DNA of 64,000 nt from an uncultured Nitrososphaeraceae archaeon (GCA_963825865.1 CAWGVG010000062.1:128001-192000), one strand, 5' to 3'. Shown: positions 24,181-35,791, counted from the first letter of the stretch. The notes: a model not told the origin generated them from the sequence alone. Made by a program: numbers and translations.

Positions 24181-24723
24181 TCATAACTTTGTTTGGAGAG
24201 TGGAGAATGTTGATGATAATCTGTTGTACATCTTAAGCAACATCTCTCGGCTCAATACCATTATTAATTTTCCTTTAGTATCAGAGTTTAGTGCTTCCCA
24301 TCGCCTAATAAATAAATTCACCTGTGATAAAGTACAAGTTTGCATCGACCGGACTTCTCCTGTCAACATCTCTATCAACTCTTCTAGGCCAGGATTATGT
24401 CCAACTACGAGTACTATTCTACAGTCATCGGAGATGCGACGCAAGACTTCCATATATGCTTCCGGGCCGGCCTGGTAAAAGGAACTGGTCAAAGTGATCT
24501 CCCCTTTGTAGCCACAGACCTTAGCGACGGCTTCCGCTGTGGAGAGAGCTCGCATTGCTGTGGAGCTTAGGATCATATCCGGGATCAGATTCTTGTATCG
24601 CAACAGTTTACCCATGTAAGGTGCATCACGTTTGCCGCGCTTATTGAGAGGACGGTCGTGGTCTACCAATTCGAGATGTTTCCAGCTTGACTTCGCATGG
24701 CGAAGGATGAGTAATGTTTTCAT
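24181..24723 (-). CDS. SixA-like histidine phosphatase (second copy)
   Basis: LLILRHAKSSW, DHDRPLNKRG, SSTAMRA and LVVGHNP. Confidence 0.9.
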   Translation of the reverse strand: MKTLLILRHAKSSWKHLELVDHDRPLNKRGKRDAPYMGKLLRYKNLIPDMILSSTAMRALSTAEAVAKVCGYKGEITLTSSFYQAGPEAYMEVLRRISDDCRIVLVVGHNPGLEELIEMLTGEVRSMQTCTLSQVNLFIRRWEALNSDTKGKLIMVLSREMLLKMYNRLSSTFSTLQTKL

Positions 24724-24798
24724 CTACAATCTTTATATCACCTAGAATATAGTTTGCTCGTAAATTTTTCCTATATAGATAAACCTGCCTGTAGATCT

Positions 24799-25050
24799 CT
24801 AATTTGGTTTTGAATCTATTACTATTTCACAAATATCGTCCTTTGTTATAGTGATAAGGTAAATATTGTTACTGGAACACAAAGGGCAAGAATGAATATG
24901 GCATCTTCTATTTTGTTTTTCTGAGAACTTAAAAATGGTTGCATTCCAAAAACATGTTTCACAAATTACGAACTGGCAGTCAATATTGTCGTATGTCCAA
25001 CTTTGAACCAATGAAGAATTACTAGAAAAGGAAGAGGTAACAGAATGCAT
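24799..25050 (-). CDS. Small Zn-finger protein (CxxCFW...CPxC)
   Basis: CETCFWNAT and CPLC; paralog of 31531..31812. Confidence 0.65.
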   Translation of the reverse strand: MHSVTSSFSSNSSLVQSWTYDNIDCQFVICETCFWNATIFKFSEKQNRRCHIHSCPLCSSNNIYLITITKDDICEIVIDSKPN

Positions 25051-25734
25051 CTATTTACTTTATTTAAAAATGTGTATATACTCATTGTCGAATGTGATCT
25101 TATAGATATTCTTAATCTATATTGAGATAAGCTAGTACTATACCGATTATTATTAGGCTTCTAACAAAGGCAAAAATATGCTAACGATCATTCTTCTCAT
25201 ATTTTTATTAGGCTCATCTTGAATTTGCGTTTTACAGATTACTAGCTTAAATGTTCCTCGATAATGTCTTAGGATCTGCGTAAGAACCAATTTGGGGCTA
25301 TGGGTATGACAACATGAAAAAGGAGTCATCGTCATATTGGCTGAATTACATTATAAATGAGAAAATCGAATAATCGAAATTTTTGAACAAATACATTTTG
25401 AAATTCATGATTTATGGATAGGTGTCAAATAGTTGTTGGCTGATTTAACAGTCCATTTGTAGATATAATGGGAGTCCTACGAACTATCGCGAGACGCCAG
25501 TTTTTGAAGAATAAATTATATAGACTTAATATGGCTATCATTTTGAATCTAAGCACCCGTACTCTTATCCTGGGTCACGTATATCTCAAAAAATATGCTC
25601 AGAATTGGAAGCAAAAGAGATGCTCTCCTGGAAAACCACTTTATCTAATGTGTGATGCCTGAAAAGAAAAGAAGACGGATTGAAGAAATTATTATGTTTA
25701 TTTTTACTTTCATTACTGATAGAGCAATTGTCCG

Positions 25735-25962
25735 TTACTTTGTAGCATTGCCAGAGCTTGTCATGTTACCGCCACCGGAAGATGTGGTATTGACGCCACC
25801 ACCTGCTAGTGCGTTACTACCGCCACCAGCCATGCTTTGATTGCCCTGAGCCAATGCGGGAGTGGTTGGAAATAATCCTATAGCAACAGCTGCTGTTATC
25901 ACTAATGCGATTGTTGCAAAGGTAGCTATTGTTGTTTTTCTTCTATACATCATGGAAAACAT
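25735..25962 (-). CDS. Small secreted Gly-rich protein
   Basis: Signal peptide ending ALA-Q followed by GGGN repeats. Confidence 0.55.
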   Translation of the reverse strand: MFSMMYRRKTTIATFATIALVITAAVAIGLFPTTPALAQGNQSMAGGGSNALAGGGVNTTSSGGGNMTSSGNATK

Positions 25963-26397
25963 AGTGGAAATCAGTAATATGCTACTGTATTAGAAGCTAA
26001 TCTAAGGAATGTATATAGTGGTATTGATATAACAGGAATCAAAATTATCTAAATATTTCCTTATCAGAAAATGGCACTTAAGTTAATTTTTTGATATATC
26101 AGTAGTTTTCGCATGGCGATGGCAAAATGGAAAGTGTAGCTGAACTAACAGAGAAGTTCATGCGCTATATAGCGGATTAAATGGATATAAATATATCTAA
26201 CTCATTTTCTGTTATCAGAAGCTTATCAAAAAATTATCTCTATTATTCTCTTGTTACGATTTTTGTATAGAGTTCCTTATTAAAATTTAATGATAAAGAA
26301 ATTAAGAAAAAACTGGTTTAAAAATAAATGTAATAGATAACCAATGATGTTTCTATCGTTGTCATCTGTCTATGATTAACCAAAAAAGAAGCGCATG

Positions 26398-26640
26398 TCT
26401 ACCATGTTAGTGATATCTCCATATGCAAAAGTAAACTTTGTTTACCACCAAATTACAGATCAGACATCTATACTGCGATGTCTGGGATGAATACATCTAT
26501 ACTGAAGATAACTGGAATCTGGGCAGAATCGGAGATCAGTCATTTGATGAAAAATCCGGCTTGCTTACGAAGATGTTGATTTTATCAGCAACAGAAATTT
26601 AGCAGATAAGCTCTTGTTGGATTCTTCAACTGGATTGGAG
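26398..26640 (+). pseudogene. C-terminal remnant of a phosphoesterase/phospholipase C (AcpA/PlcH family)
   Basis: Manual translation: LPMLVISPYAKVNFVYHQITDQTSILR.../EDNWNLGRIGDQSFDEKSG...ADKLLLDSSTG. Confidence 0.75.
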
Positions 26641-26810
26641 ATATTAATCTCAGACGTATTGAATACCTAAGGATTATACTCCATACTTAGAATATCTTTG
26701 GAGACAAAATTATGCTTTTATATCTAAAAGGTAATATGGCACTATATATCATATCTCTATATACCTCATTTAGATTAAAGTTCTATACAAGAGTATTTCT
26801 ACACACACAG

Positions 26811-27187
26811 ATGGCAGAAATTTCCTTTAACAGAGACAAATATATAGATTCACAAAATGACTTACAAAGCATATTTATAGAATCCTTACAATTTAACGAG
26901 AAACTATTTAGAGCATTCTCAGAAGCCTATTCAACATACATAAAGACAATTCTTTATACCAATAATCTTGTAAAAGGTTTACCAGAAACAGAAACGATTC
27001 TAAAAAGTAGAATAGGAAATATATTTGATGAAAGATTTAGAGAAAAAGATTTCGTTACTACCCTCGCGGATACTGTGGCAAGATATTCAGAATTGATCCA
27101 TCTGGACATGTTGGCCTAATAATGGGTCAGCATGCTCATAAGGAAATCTGGCCTAAGGTAGGTAGTTGGTTGAAAGATCGATTATAA
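26811..27187 (+). pseudogene. Internally deleted PHA synthase locus (PhaE-like helical N-part joined to the PhaC C-terminus)
   Basis: After about 27095 the frame reads PSGHVGLIMGQHAHKEIWPKVGSWLKDRL*, the class III PhaC catalytic-His tail. The catalytic core is absent. Confidence 0.6.
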
Positions 27188-28248
27188 TTATTGCTTTAGT
27201 CAATCTTCGAATTCCATTTCTAATGCAAATCGTTCTTCAGTTACTGAGCCTCGCAACCTTCTGACTGATTTATTAGCTAATCTTTACAACTTGGGTTGTT
27301 CTGACAAACTATTGATGAGGCTCTATACAAATATAAATAAACCCTTCCTATTAAGGCCATCATCTTCGCAAAACATAGTAGTAGATATTTCTTTTAGTTT
27401 AGTGAAAGAAGCAAAGAAGAAAGAACGGTGGTATCAAATACCTAGTGAAGTTTAAATATTATTGTTTAGTTTATTCTAGCTATTCCGGGTTCTTTTGCTA
27501 TCTTTGTTCCCTCTATAGCCCCACGATAGAATTATTATCTATCAAAGTATCTTCCTCTTTTAGAAGTTTGCCATCATCTGACATTTCAAGAGTGAAGTTT
27601 CCAGTATTTTTTGAGTGACTCTTCAATTATCCTTGTTTGCCAAAGCTGTTAACCCAGGCATGCATGAAATCGTTGAAGGTTGATGGTGTGGCCCCATAGC
27701 AAGGCAGGGTACAATGTATATTTCTGAGGAGCTATTGGGGTTTCCAATCAACCTAAAGGTTGAAGTCTGCAAATTCAATCGGCCCATCTCAGAACAAAAG
27801 CCTATCGAAAATGAAATAAGAAGTATACTTAATGTCAATATAGGATCTAATGATCTACATATTTGCTGTTGATAATATTGGGTACTAGAAAAAATCCAAA
27901 AAAAATGATGAAGGCGATGTATTGTTAATTATTCTTTTTGAAATAGCAATAAGTCATGTCGAAAAATATCGCTACTGGCTAATTATATGTATGGCACGAA
28001 CGTTAAGAATTGATAGGATTGAGTCAAAACTAGCTACTGCTAAAAGCAGAGTATTATATAGATCCGAAGCATATTTAATAACGTCTTTTTCGTTTGATTA
28101 TACACGTCGGCTTGCTGCTACGCTAGATCTTTGTCAATAGATACTATAGATCTATAGATTTACCATACGATATCGAGTTAAAACAGTGGACTAAGGATTA
28201 TCATCGCGTTAGCTACAACTGCGAGATAAATCTAAGAGATATCAACAA

Positions 28249-28998
28249 ATGAGTAAAAAACAACAAAAACCACACTCAGAGATAAGACAAACCAATGCTC
28301 GACCACTGGAATATTATGGCCAAGGTATTCCTTATTTGCAGAATGCCGAAATCAAAGGCCGCCTAATCATTATAGAAGGACCTGATTCTTCAGGAAGAAG
28401 TACACAAGTTACAATGATAACTTCAAAACTGGAGGCAGATGGTCATGCTGTCTTGAACACCGGCCTCAGACGATCGGAACTTATAGGAGAGGGTATACTC
28501 GAGGCAAAAAGGAATTTTTGTACTGGAAAAAGGACATTGAGTTTATTTTATGCTCGCAGATTTTGCTGATCAGCTTGAAAATAAAATAATACCTGCTTTG
28601 CAGGCAGGCTATATTATACTTTCTGACAGATATATCTATACGCTATTGGCAAGAGACGCTGTCAGAAGGATAGGCAGAAGATGGTCCCATAATCTATTTG
28701 GTTTTGCCGTCAAGCCAGATCTAGTCTTTTATCTTGATGTAGATCCAACCGAGCTATAGACACAGGGTCTTGCAAAAGAAGTCATCATTAGATTATTACG
28801 AGTCCGGTGTAAGATTCTGGACTTTCAGAAGATATGTTAGAATCATTCTTGATATACCAACGAATGATTGCAAAGGAATTTCATAGAATGCAGAAACGAT
28901 ATGGTATTATGCCAATAAATGGAAATCGTCCTATTGCAGAAATCAACGCAGACTTGCAAAATAAAATCGATGCAATTTCTTCTGAGATGACGCACTAA
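28249..28998 (+). CDS. Thymidylate-kinase-like P-loop protein (paralog B; Walker A Lys replaced by Arg; frameshifted)
   Basis: GRLIIIEGPDSSGRST, IILSDRY, KPDLVFYL, DYYESG, and a C-terminal INGNRPIAEI. Confidence 0.82.
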
Positions 28999-29048
28999 CA
29001 ACAAAAAAGAAGCTTTAATCCTCCAAGCTCTAAAAGAGGGATAATAAA

Positions 29049-29345
29049 TCACACCCGGTTATCAGCTGGAAGTAGTTTGGCGGAGGTACTAGCCTGAAGT
29101 CCAGATAATACAGCACGAGCATCTTGTAGTGACAAGCTATAAATCGGTGGTCCTCTCTTCTGTTGGAGATTCTCCAGAAAGGCTCGAGTATTCGGTTCTA
29201 ATCCAGTATAAGGATATGTGCCTGGAGTAAATTGTGTGCCCAAACCATATGCTACTTGAGTATTGCTGTTAATCATAATGCTAGCCGCTAGAGTTATCAA
29301 AGATATAATAATTACGCCTCCAGACATAGATGTTGCAGACCATGG
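29049..29345 (-). pseudogene. N-terminal fragment of a secreted hormone-sensitive-lipase-type alpha/beta hydrolase
   Basis: LEPNTRAFLE...GPPIYSLSLQDARAVLSGLQ cap region, then stops. No catalytic core. Confidence 0.55.
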
Positions 29346-29439
29346 ATTTGGGATTAGAGGAGTTACTTTGAAAGCTGAGTTTCTAACTTCAAGTATTTCG
29401 TCAGACACAATCTAGTCACAGTTTTTGGATTGATTTATA

Positions 29440-29615
29440 CCTAATTAGGTCAAATTCAAAACCACCATCAGCATATTCTTGTAGTTGTTCTTGCTGTTTA
29501 CATTGCTTAATTATTACACTTACAGTTCCAGCGCCTATTTGATTACCTTTGGCAATTTGATCTCTAGAAACTCCATTGAGCCATTGCTTAATGACCCGTC
29601 TTATTGTGCTCCCAA
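29440..29615 (-). pseudogene. HTH-protein fragment
   Basis: Manual translation RRVIKQWLNGVSRDQIAKGNQIGAGTVSVII is a helix-turn-helix pattern. Confidence 0.45.
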
Positions 29616-30009
29616 TGATACTACGTATTAATTATATAACCCACACATAAAAATAGCGTGTATTGATCAATACTTGAATAATCAGATGAAAATATCAGAG
29701 TTGGCCGAATGAATGAATCGGTCTAGGCGAGCACAAAAGCTATCTGACGGCTATCTGACCAATAGGATTACAATAAATTCAAAACATGAAGCCAAGAAAC
29801 ATTATCTGTTAACAACCATTCTTTACATCCCACTTTAATATTCTGCTTCCTCAAATCGAAATATACATGATAATTTTTTATGGATAAAATGTTCTATGTG
29901 AAGCTTTTTATGACATAATCCTCGCGGATCAATCTGTCCAACCAATGGCGTCTACCCACCAAAGCCAATATTACTTGCAATTAGTGTATTTCACTCAGGC
30001 TAGGATTCC

Positions 30010-30090
30010 TACAATAACATCCTCACTTCCAAAAGGAGTACGTTACATGGCAGCTGATTCTGGATATGACAACTACTAACTATATGATTT
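30010..30090 (+). pseudogene. Short DDE transposase remnant
   Basis: Translates SLPKGVRYMAADSGYDNY*LY (ADxGYD motif of IS4/IS5-type transposases). Confidence 0.45.
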
Positions 30091-30337
30091 GTGCATATGT
30101 ATATTGGTGTCTAGCTTTCACTTGCGATAAGTATTTCTTTTGCGGGGTCAAATTGTAAAGTGACAGCCACTCTGGGTTGATGGTAATCCGGATAGAGACT
30201 CTTCCAAATTCTTCCTCAAGGATGCCATCAACATTCTACCTTCATCTTCGACAACTAGATACTGTCTATATAATTTGGCATCATTAAAAAATTAGGGAAT
30301 AATCGGGGTGCAAGTTTATAGGGCACCAATTAAATGG

Positions 30338-30381
30338 CTATATAGTCTATATAGTGCGTATAGATTTATATGATCATATTT
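30338..30381. promoter_or_regulatory. 9-bp-phased array of CTATATAG palindromes upstream of the AbrB-PhoU regulator (candidate operator)
   Basis: CTATATAG-T-CTATATAG-T-GCGTATAG-A-TTTATATG-A-TCATATTT. Confidence 0.5.
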
Positions 30382-30419
30382 CACAATGTATATATTTACT
30401 CTAGGTCGCTATAGATTTA

Positions 30420-31509
30420 TTGAGTTCTGTCTCAGGCAGTGGTGAAGTACGTAAAATACAATTCACAGGTAGATCAACATACATCATATCCTTGCCGAAA
30501 AGATGGATGGAGGAAATGCATCTAAAGTCTGGAGATCCAGTCGATATTGTTCGTGAGGCGAACAATACCTTGTCTATAATGCATCATAACGAGAGGACCT
30601 CTAATTTAGTTAATGAAGCAACTGCAATAGTATTATATGATGATAGTGTTGATTCTCTCAAGCGTAAAATAATATCAGTATATCTCGCTGGTTATAATAT
30701 CATGCATTTAAAATCAAAAACTGGACGAATAAATCCTGCTCAGCGTGATGCAGTTAGAGAAGTTGTTCGCAGGAATTTGGTAGGAACAGAAATAATAGCT
30801 GATTCATCAGATGAAATTACTATTCAGGTGTTGCTCACTCTCCCAGAACTTTCAGTCAATACTGCAGTTCGAAGAATGTTTTTGATTGCATCTTCTATGC
30901 ATAAAGATGCCATGAGTTCATTAGCAGAACTAAACCACGAATTAGCAAAAGAAGTATTAAAATCAGACGACGAAGTAGATAGATTCAGTCTTTACATTTT
31001 AAGAAACCTTGTTATGGCAACACAGAATGAGAGATATACTTCGAGAAATAGGATTAAAGAGTCCAGCTGACTGTTTGAGTTATCGTGTTGCAGTAAAAAG
31101 CATAGAACGGATAGCAGACCATTCATATGGAATTGCTGATAAATGTTTAAAGATAAAAGAAAAAATACCAAAAGATGTCTACCAGAAAATAGAAAAAATG
31201 AGTATTCTATCGTTGGGCGCCCTTAGTGATTCGGTAGAAGCATTCTTACGAAGAGATTATGTTATGGCAGATAGCGTTGTAAATAAAGCAAAAAGTATAC
31301 GTTCATTAGAAAATGATATAATCGCATTTATAAACAAAGAAGAAGATAAGACCATTCGCATTGAACCCGTTAACACGGATATCAGGCTGATTTTGGAGGA
31401 TATACGAAGAACAGCCGAACATGCAAGCGACATTGCAGAAGCGGCAATGAATCAGACGATAGGAGAAGTTATTACAGTGGAGAAGCGACATATTAGTTAT
31501 GCCTTATAA
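30420..31509 (+). CDS. Archaeal phosphate uptake regulator: N-terminal AbrB/SpoVT DNA-binding domain plus PhoU repeats (frameshift near 31030)
   Basis: RKIQFTGRSTYIISLPKRW (AbrB), DDEVDRF, IERIADH and RRTAEHASDIAE. Confidence 0.9.
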
Positions 31510-31530
31510 ATTTATGCAATGGCTGCTAAG

Positions 31531-31812
31531 CTAACTATTAGTGTAGTTTGATTTTGAAAATTTCATCTCCAACCCACCTTTGAGTCCTAGTGACAATTCA
31601 TAGATTTCATTTACTGTCAGAGGGATGAGAGAAATATTTCTGTCGAAACATACCGGACATACATCTAAATCTCTGGTGCCCTTTTGCGCTTTTGATTTGA
31701 AAATGCTTGCACTCCAAAAACATGATTCGCATAGTGCAAATTGATGGCCAGTACGATTGTTTAAATTTGAATCTTGAACAAGCGAGTTATTAATCGAACA
31801 CATTATTGTCAT
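31531..31812 (-). CDS. Small Zn-finger protein (CxxCFW...CPxC)
   Basis: CESCFWSAS, CPVC, ISLIPL; paralog of 24799..25050. Confidence 0.65.
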   Translation of the reverse strand: MTIMCSINNSLVQDSNLNNRTGHQFALCESCFWSASIFKSKAQKGTRDLDVCPVCFDRNISLIPLTVNEIYELSLGLKGGLEMKFSKSNYTNS

Positions 31813-32057
31813 TTTATTTTAAAATTTTTTTTATAAAGCCATTACCCAATGTAAATCTATAGAGTATAAGGGACTATATCCAACTCATAGTTGTTGTTAT
31901 TTTAAATTCAATACCTTTCGTTTTTAGGTTTTCGTAGAGTTAATAATTGTTGAAAAACAATTTATCTTGAAAGACGGATTCAGGATCCGAAACTAACAAT
32001 CAATAAGAGAAATCATCAAGAAAGTAAAGTCACAGACTATTAGAATCTGCACACAGA

Positions 32058-32327
32058 TCAATAGTTATGGTAACTTTGTTTGAGACGAAGCTTTTGCTTG
32101 CATATGGTATTATGCGGTCTTGTCCGAAGAACGTGATTACAACACGGACATCTTATATCATCCCATTGCAAAAATATTTCACACTCCACACATAACTTAT
32201 GACCTCCGTCGTAATAACTTGCAGAGTACTTTGATTTTCTAGCTTTATAGCTTTTGCATAGATGTTTACAATACATTTTGGAGAAGTCTATTTGCCATTT
32301 CTGCTTGGTTGTACTCTGATGCAACAT
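32058..32327 (-). CDS. Small Cys-rich Zn-finger protein
   Basis: CKHLC, CVECEIF and CPCC..LRTRP. Confidence 0.6.
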   Translation of the reverse strand: MLHQSTTKQKWQIDFSKMYCKHLCKSYKARKSKYSASYYDGGHKLCVECEIFLQWDDIRCPCCNHVLRTRPHNTICKQKLRLKQSYHNY

Positions 32328-33067
32328 GCATTTTGACCGAATAAAAGAGATGTTATTATTGTCATGATTTCTGATATCTGGGACTATCGTTATTTAACCT
32401 TATTGAGATTTAATGCCTCTGTATGTCAACATAGCATTGTCAACACAATATAGAATAGTGTGGTCTATATATTTACATTTGGTAATGATTATCTGAAAGT
32501 TTAGTTTAGTCTATTTTTAGGTATAGTAGTTGCAGACATACGAATATCTGTTCAACTTGGAAGGACACCGGTATTATCATTGGCAAAGAACAGGAGAGAA
32601 ATACCAGTGAAATCTTTATTGAAGAATGTCCAGAGTGTAATTGACTTTTTCTCTGATCTATATCACAGATTGAACTCTCTACTATTCAAATAATTGTATG
32701 ATGACGACTAAAGAATCTAATCGATTAGGTGAACCAAGGGACAAGATGCGCATTCGGTATGATTGGATGTAACTGTGACTATTAAGATGTACAGATAACT
32801 AGTAGTAATCAAGGCTACTTCTTTTCTTATAAGAGAAACAAACATCTTCAGACCATAAGAACGGATTCCAGATGTATTTGTGGGTGGAGACTTATAAGCA
32901 GAGAAAACTCATGACCCGACATTTAACATCTACTTACTTTGAGTTTTAGCGAACCTTAAAAATTGGTTTTACTAGATGGCAAACAATATACTATAAACAA
33001 TCTTAAAGTGTGGAAACTAACTAGCAAAGAAACTAAATACTTTTTCTATGTTTGTGTCACTTGGTAA

Positions 33068-33610
33068 TCATAACCAAAAAGCTAGATACTTTTTGAAGCT
33101 ATTAGTTTGTAGAGTATTTCTTATAGTCTCTTGATTGACCTTCAATTTGAGGAGAGATTTATCTATTGATTTTCTAACGTCTTCCAAAAGTTCATTGAGG
33201 ATTTTTTCGTCAAGTTTTTTATTGCCTTCCAATTCACTATTATAATACTTCATCCAAGAATAAGTCCTCTGTAAACTTTGAAACAGTTCAAAAGAAAGTA
33301 ATGCATATTTACCTGCAAGTATTACTGCATCCCACATATCTGTAAAGAATGGTTTGTAATCCTTATACTGGAGTGATTCTTCGATAAAATGCAATCTCTG
33401 TTGCAGATCATTTTCAATGAATTTAACAATGTTTGTCTTTGTTTCGTTTTGTTCTTTTTTTTCAGACTTTCGATATATCAATTGTTCTAAATAAACCGAA
33501 AAGTATATTATTCCAGCTAATAGAACCATTTCAGCTATCAGTTGATCCCATATTATTGCCAAAGCTATTACATCTCTGTTAACTAATAATATATGAAAAC
33601 GGACATACAA
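33068..33610 (-). CDS. Hypothetical protein with N-terminal TM helix
   Basis: 180-aa ORF with a hydrophobic segment followed by a helical domain. Confidence 0.6.
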   Translation of the reverse strand: MYVRFHILLVNRDVIALAIIWDQLIAEMVLLAGIIYFSVYLEQLIYRKSEKKEQNETKTNIVKFIENDLQQRLHFIEESLQYKDYKPFFTDMWDAVILAGKYALLSFELFQSLQRTYSWMKYYNSELEGNKKLDEKILNELLEDVRKSIDKSLLKLKVNQETIRNTLQTNSFKKYLAFWL

Positions 33611-34951
33611 ACATTCTTAATAGTTATATTAAATTGCTTTATATACTGAAAGCATAGATAGCATCAGAATAATCCTACAAAAGGTGAATTATTTGATATT
33701 AAATATGGAAATGCAAGAAGATATTGGCTACATCGACGAAGTAGATCTATTGCGTAATTACGAAAGAAAATCTCTTCATGATGGTCAGTTTTGCTCTTTT
33801 TTTAGAGTGACATCCCAACGGGGTATCTAATTTGATGTCATCGTTATTAAGATATTTGATATTCGGTATGGCCTATTGGCCCTCTCTTATTCAATAGATC
33901 TATATAGAAAAAATTTAAAAGTATGCTATGACGTAGCGAAAAAACCACGTACCGAATACCTATGCCAAACAATAGGATCAGCTAGTAGATAAATCTAGAT
34001 TAGCTAGAAAGGCTAATGTTGAAATTCCTTCAAAAGTACTTTGGTTGTGCTATTATTATATAATTGATATTGATTACAAGAAAAATGAATGAGATATGAC
34101 AACCCAAAATGAACCTAAACGCGCTATAATTTCAAACCCTTTCTTGTACGTTCCAAAAGTAATGTTTTTTGCAAAAGGCAAAGGCTTACATAAAGATCAA
34201 CTTACAAGTTGTACCTGACCATACATATCATATCGCTCTTTGGCTCTTGATAGCTAAAAATAGATAATTTCTGTATTAATAGATAAAATATAGAATTGGA
34301 GAGGGATTTTTAAAGCTAAGGCCTTCTGGCGATGAAAAGAACTCATAAAAAAAACAGTTATAACATTTTTTTTGACAACGGCCTTGTTTTCCTCTTATGA
34401 TATCAAATTTACCGTCAAACAAAGCCCAGTGACCACATTTGTATAAAACAATATGATTAGTGTTGTTGTTGATTTTCTTTCCCATCGCTCACACTCGCCT
34501 GCATCAATCTCTTTAGTCATCACATCGAGTTAGAATGACAAGTTATTATCTCCAGCTTGATAACTTGCTCCTGTTCATCTAAACTTGTCTTGTTTTTCTT
34601 ATCACCTGTAATCCCCTCACAAAATGTATCCACTATCTCTTCTATGTCTGCATTTCTCAAACAACTTCACAAACATGATTAAGTTTCTCTATATGGATGT
34701 AAACACTATATTCATGAAATTTTGCCATAGTATGTTGATGGTCTCATAGCTGCTCATTCTACCAATTTAATTAAAAGATCAGTTGTATGCAGGACCTTTA
34801 AAGCAGCATTTCTATCTTCATCAACTTTACTTTACTTTTATCTTGTCTCCTTCTCTTCTTGTTGTTCTTATACAAGAAGGTCAGGCGTATATACCAATTT
34901 ATATTACAAAGACAACACATATACAATCAGTAGAACCCGTTACACTTTGTC

Positions 34952-35449
34952 ATGCGGATTAACAATGACCTACTAGATGATGTTAACCTCAAAATAATAG
35001 ATATCTTAGGTAAAGATTCATCAACACCATTTGTTGAAGTAGCCAAGCAGATTGGAGTATCTGATGCAACAGTACATCTCAGAGCACGCCGGTTAACTAA
35101 TCAGGGCGTAATTAACAAGTTTACAATATCTGTAGATAATGATCTTCTAGGGTATGACTATATAGCTTTTGTGGGAGTAAATGTTGAACCACGTTTTGCA
35201 GAGGAAGCCACTGATCTATTATCAAATCTAGATGAAGTGTTAGAAATACATGAAATGCATGGTACATTTGATTTACTTTTAAAAATTCGTGCTAAAGATT
35301 TGAATCAGATGAGAGAAGTTGTAGAAAATAAAATCCGCAAGTTAACACATATTTTGGATACAGAATTAATGACTGTTTTGAAAACTAGAAAGGAAGAACA
35401 AATTGTTTGTTTGGACAATGATATTGCATCACAGAAAAATTCCTGCTGA
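34952..35449 (+). CDS. Lrp/AsnC family transcriptional regulator
   Basis: LDDVNLKII..D..PFVEVAKQIGVSDATV HTH and GTFDLLLKI effector domain. Confidence 0.93.
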   Translation: MRINNDLLDDVNLKIIDILGKDSSTPFVEVAKQIGVSDATVHLRARRLTNQGVINKFTISVDNDLLGYDYIAFVGVNVEPRFAEEATDLLSNLDEVLEIHEMHGTFDLLLKIRAKDLNQMREVVENKIRKLTHILDTELMTVLKTRKEEQIVCLDNDIASQKNSC

Positions 35450-35614
35450 TATCATATGTATTGTCTGGTAATAGCGTCACCACTTTTCTATTCTTCTACT
35501 TGTGCTATTGCATATAGCTGATAAGCTCGAATTGTGCTTTTCAGCTGCCAATGTAATATTTCCAGTCTCTAACTACAGTATTAATTGCTCCGCTATCTAT
35601 TAACGTCTTATTAT

Positions 35615-35791
35615 CTAAAGGTTTACTGTTCCATTGTTCAAATTCTCTAATACACTTGGAACTACTCCTACACCGAGTGAATGAGCAACAAGTCTAATCT
35701 TTGACCCTTGATCTGAACACTTATTCACACAATCTAAAAAAAATTGTGCAAGTGTTGGAGAAATTTCCACTATGTGGAAAGAAGAACCCAT
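35615..35791 (-). pseudogene. Alpha/beta hydrolase remnant
   Basis: Manual translation LAQFFLDCVNKC..KIRLVAHSLG (nucleophile elbow), then stops. Confidence 0.5.
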
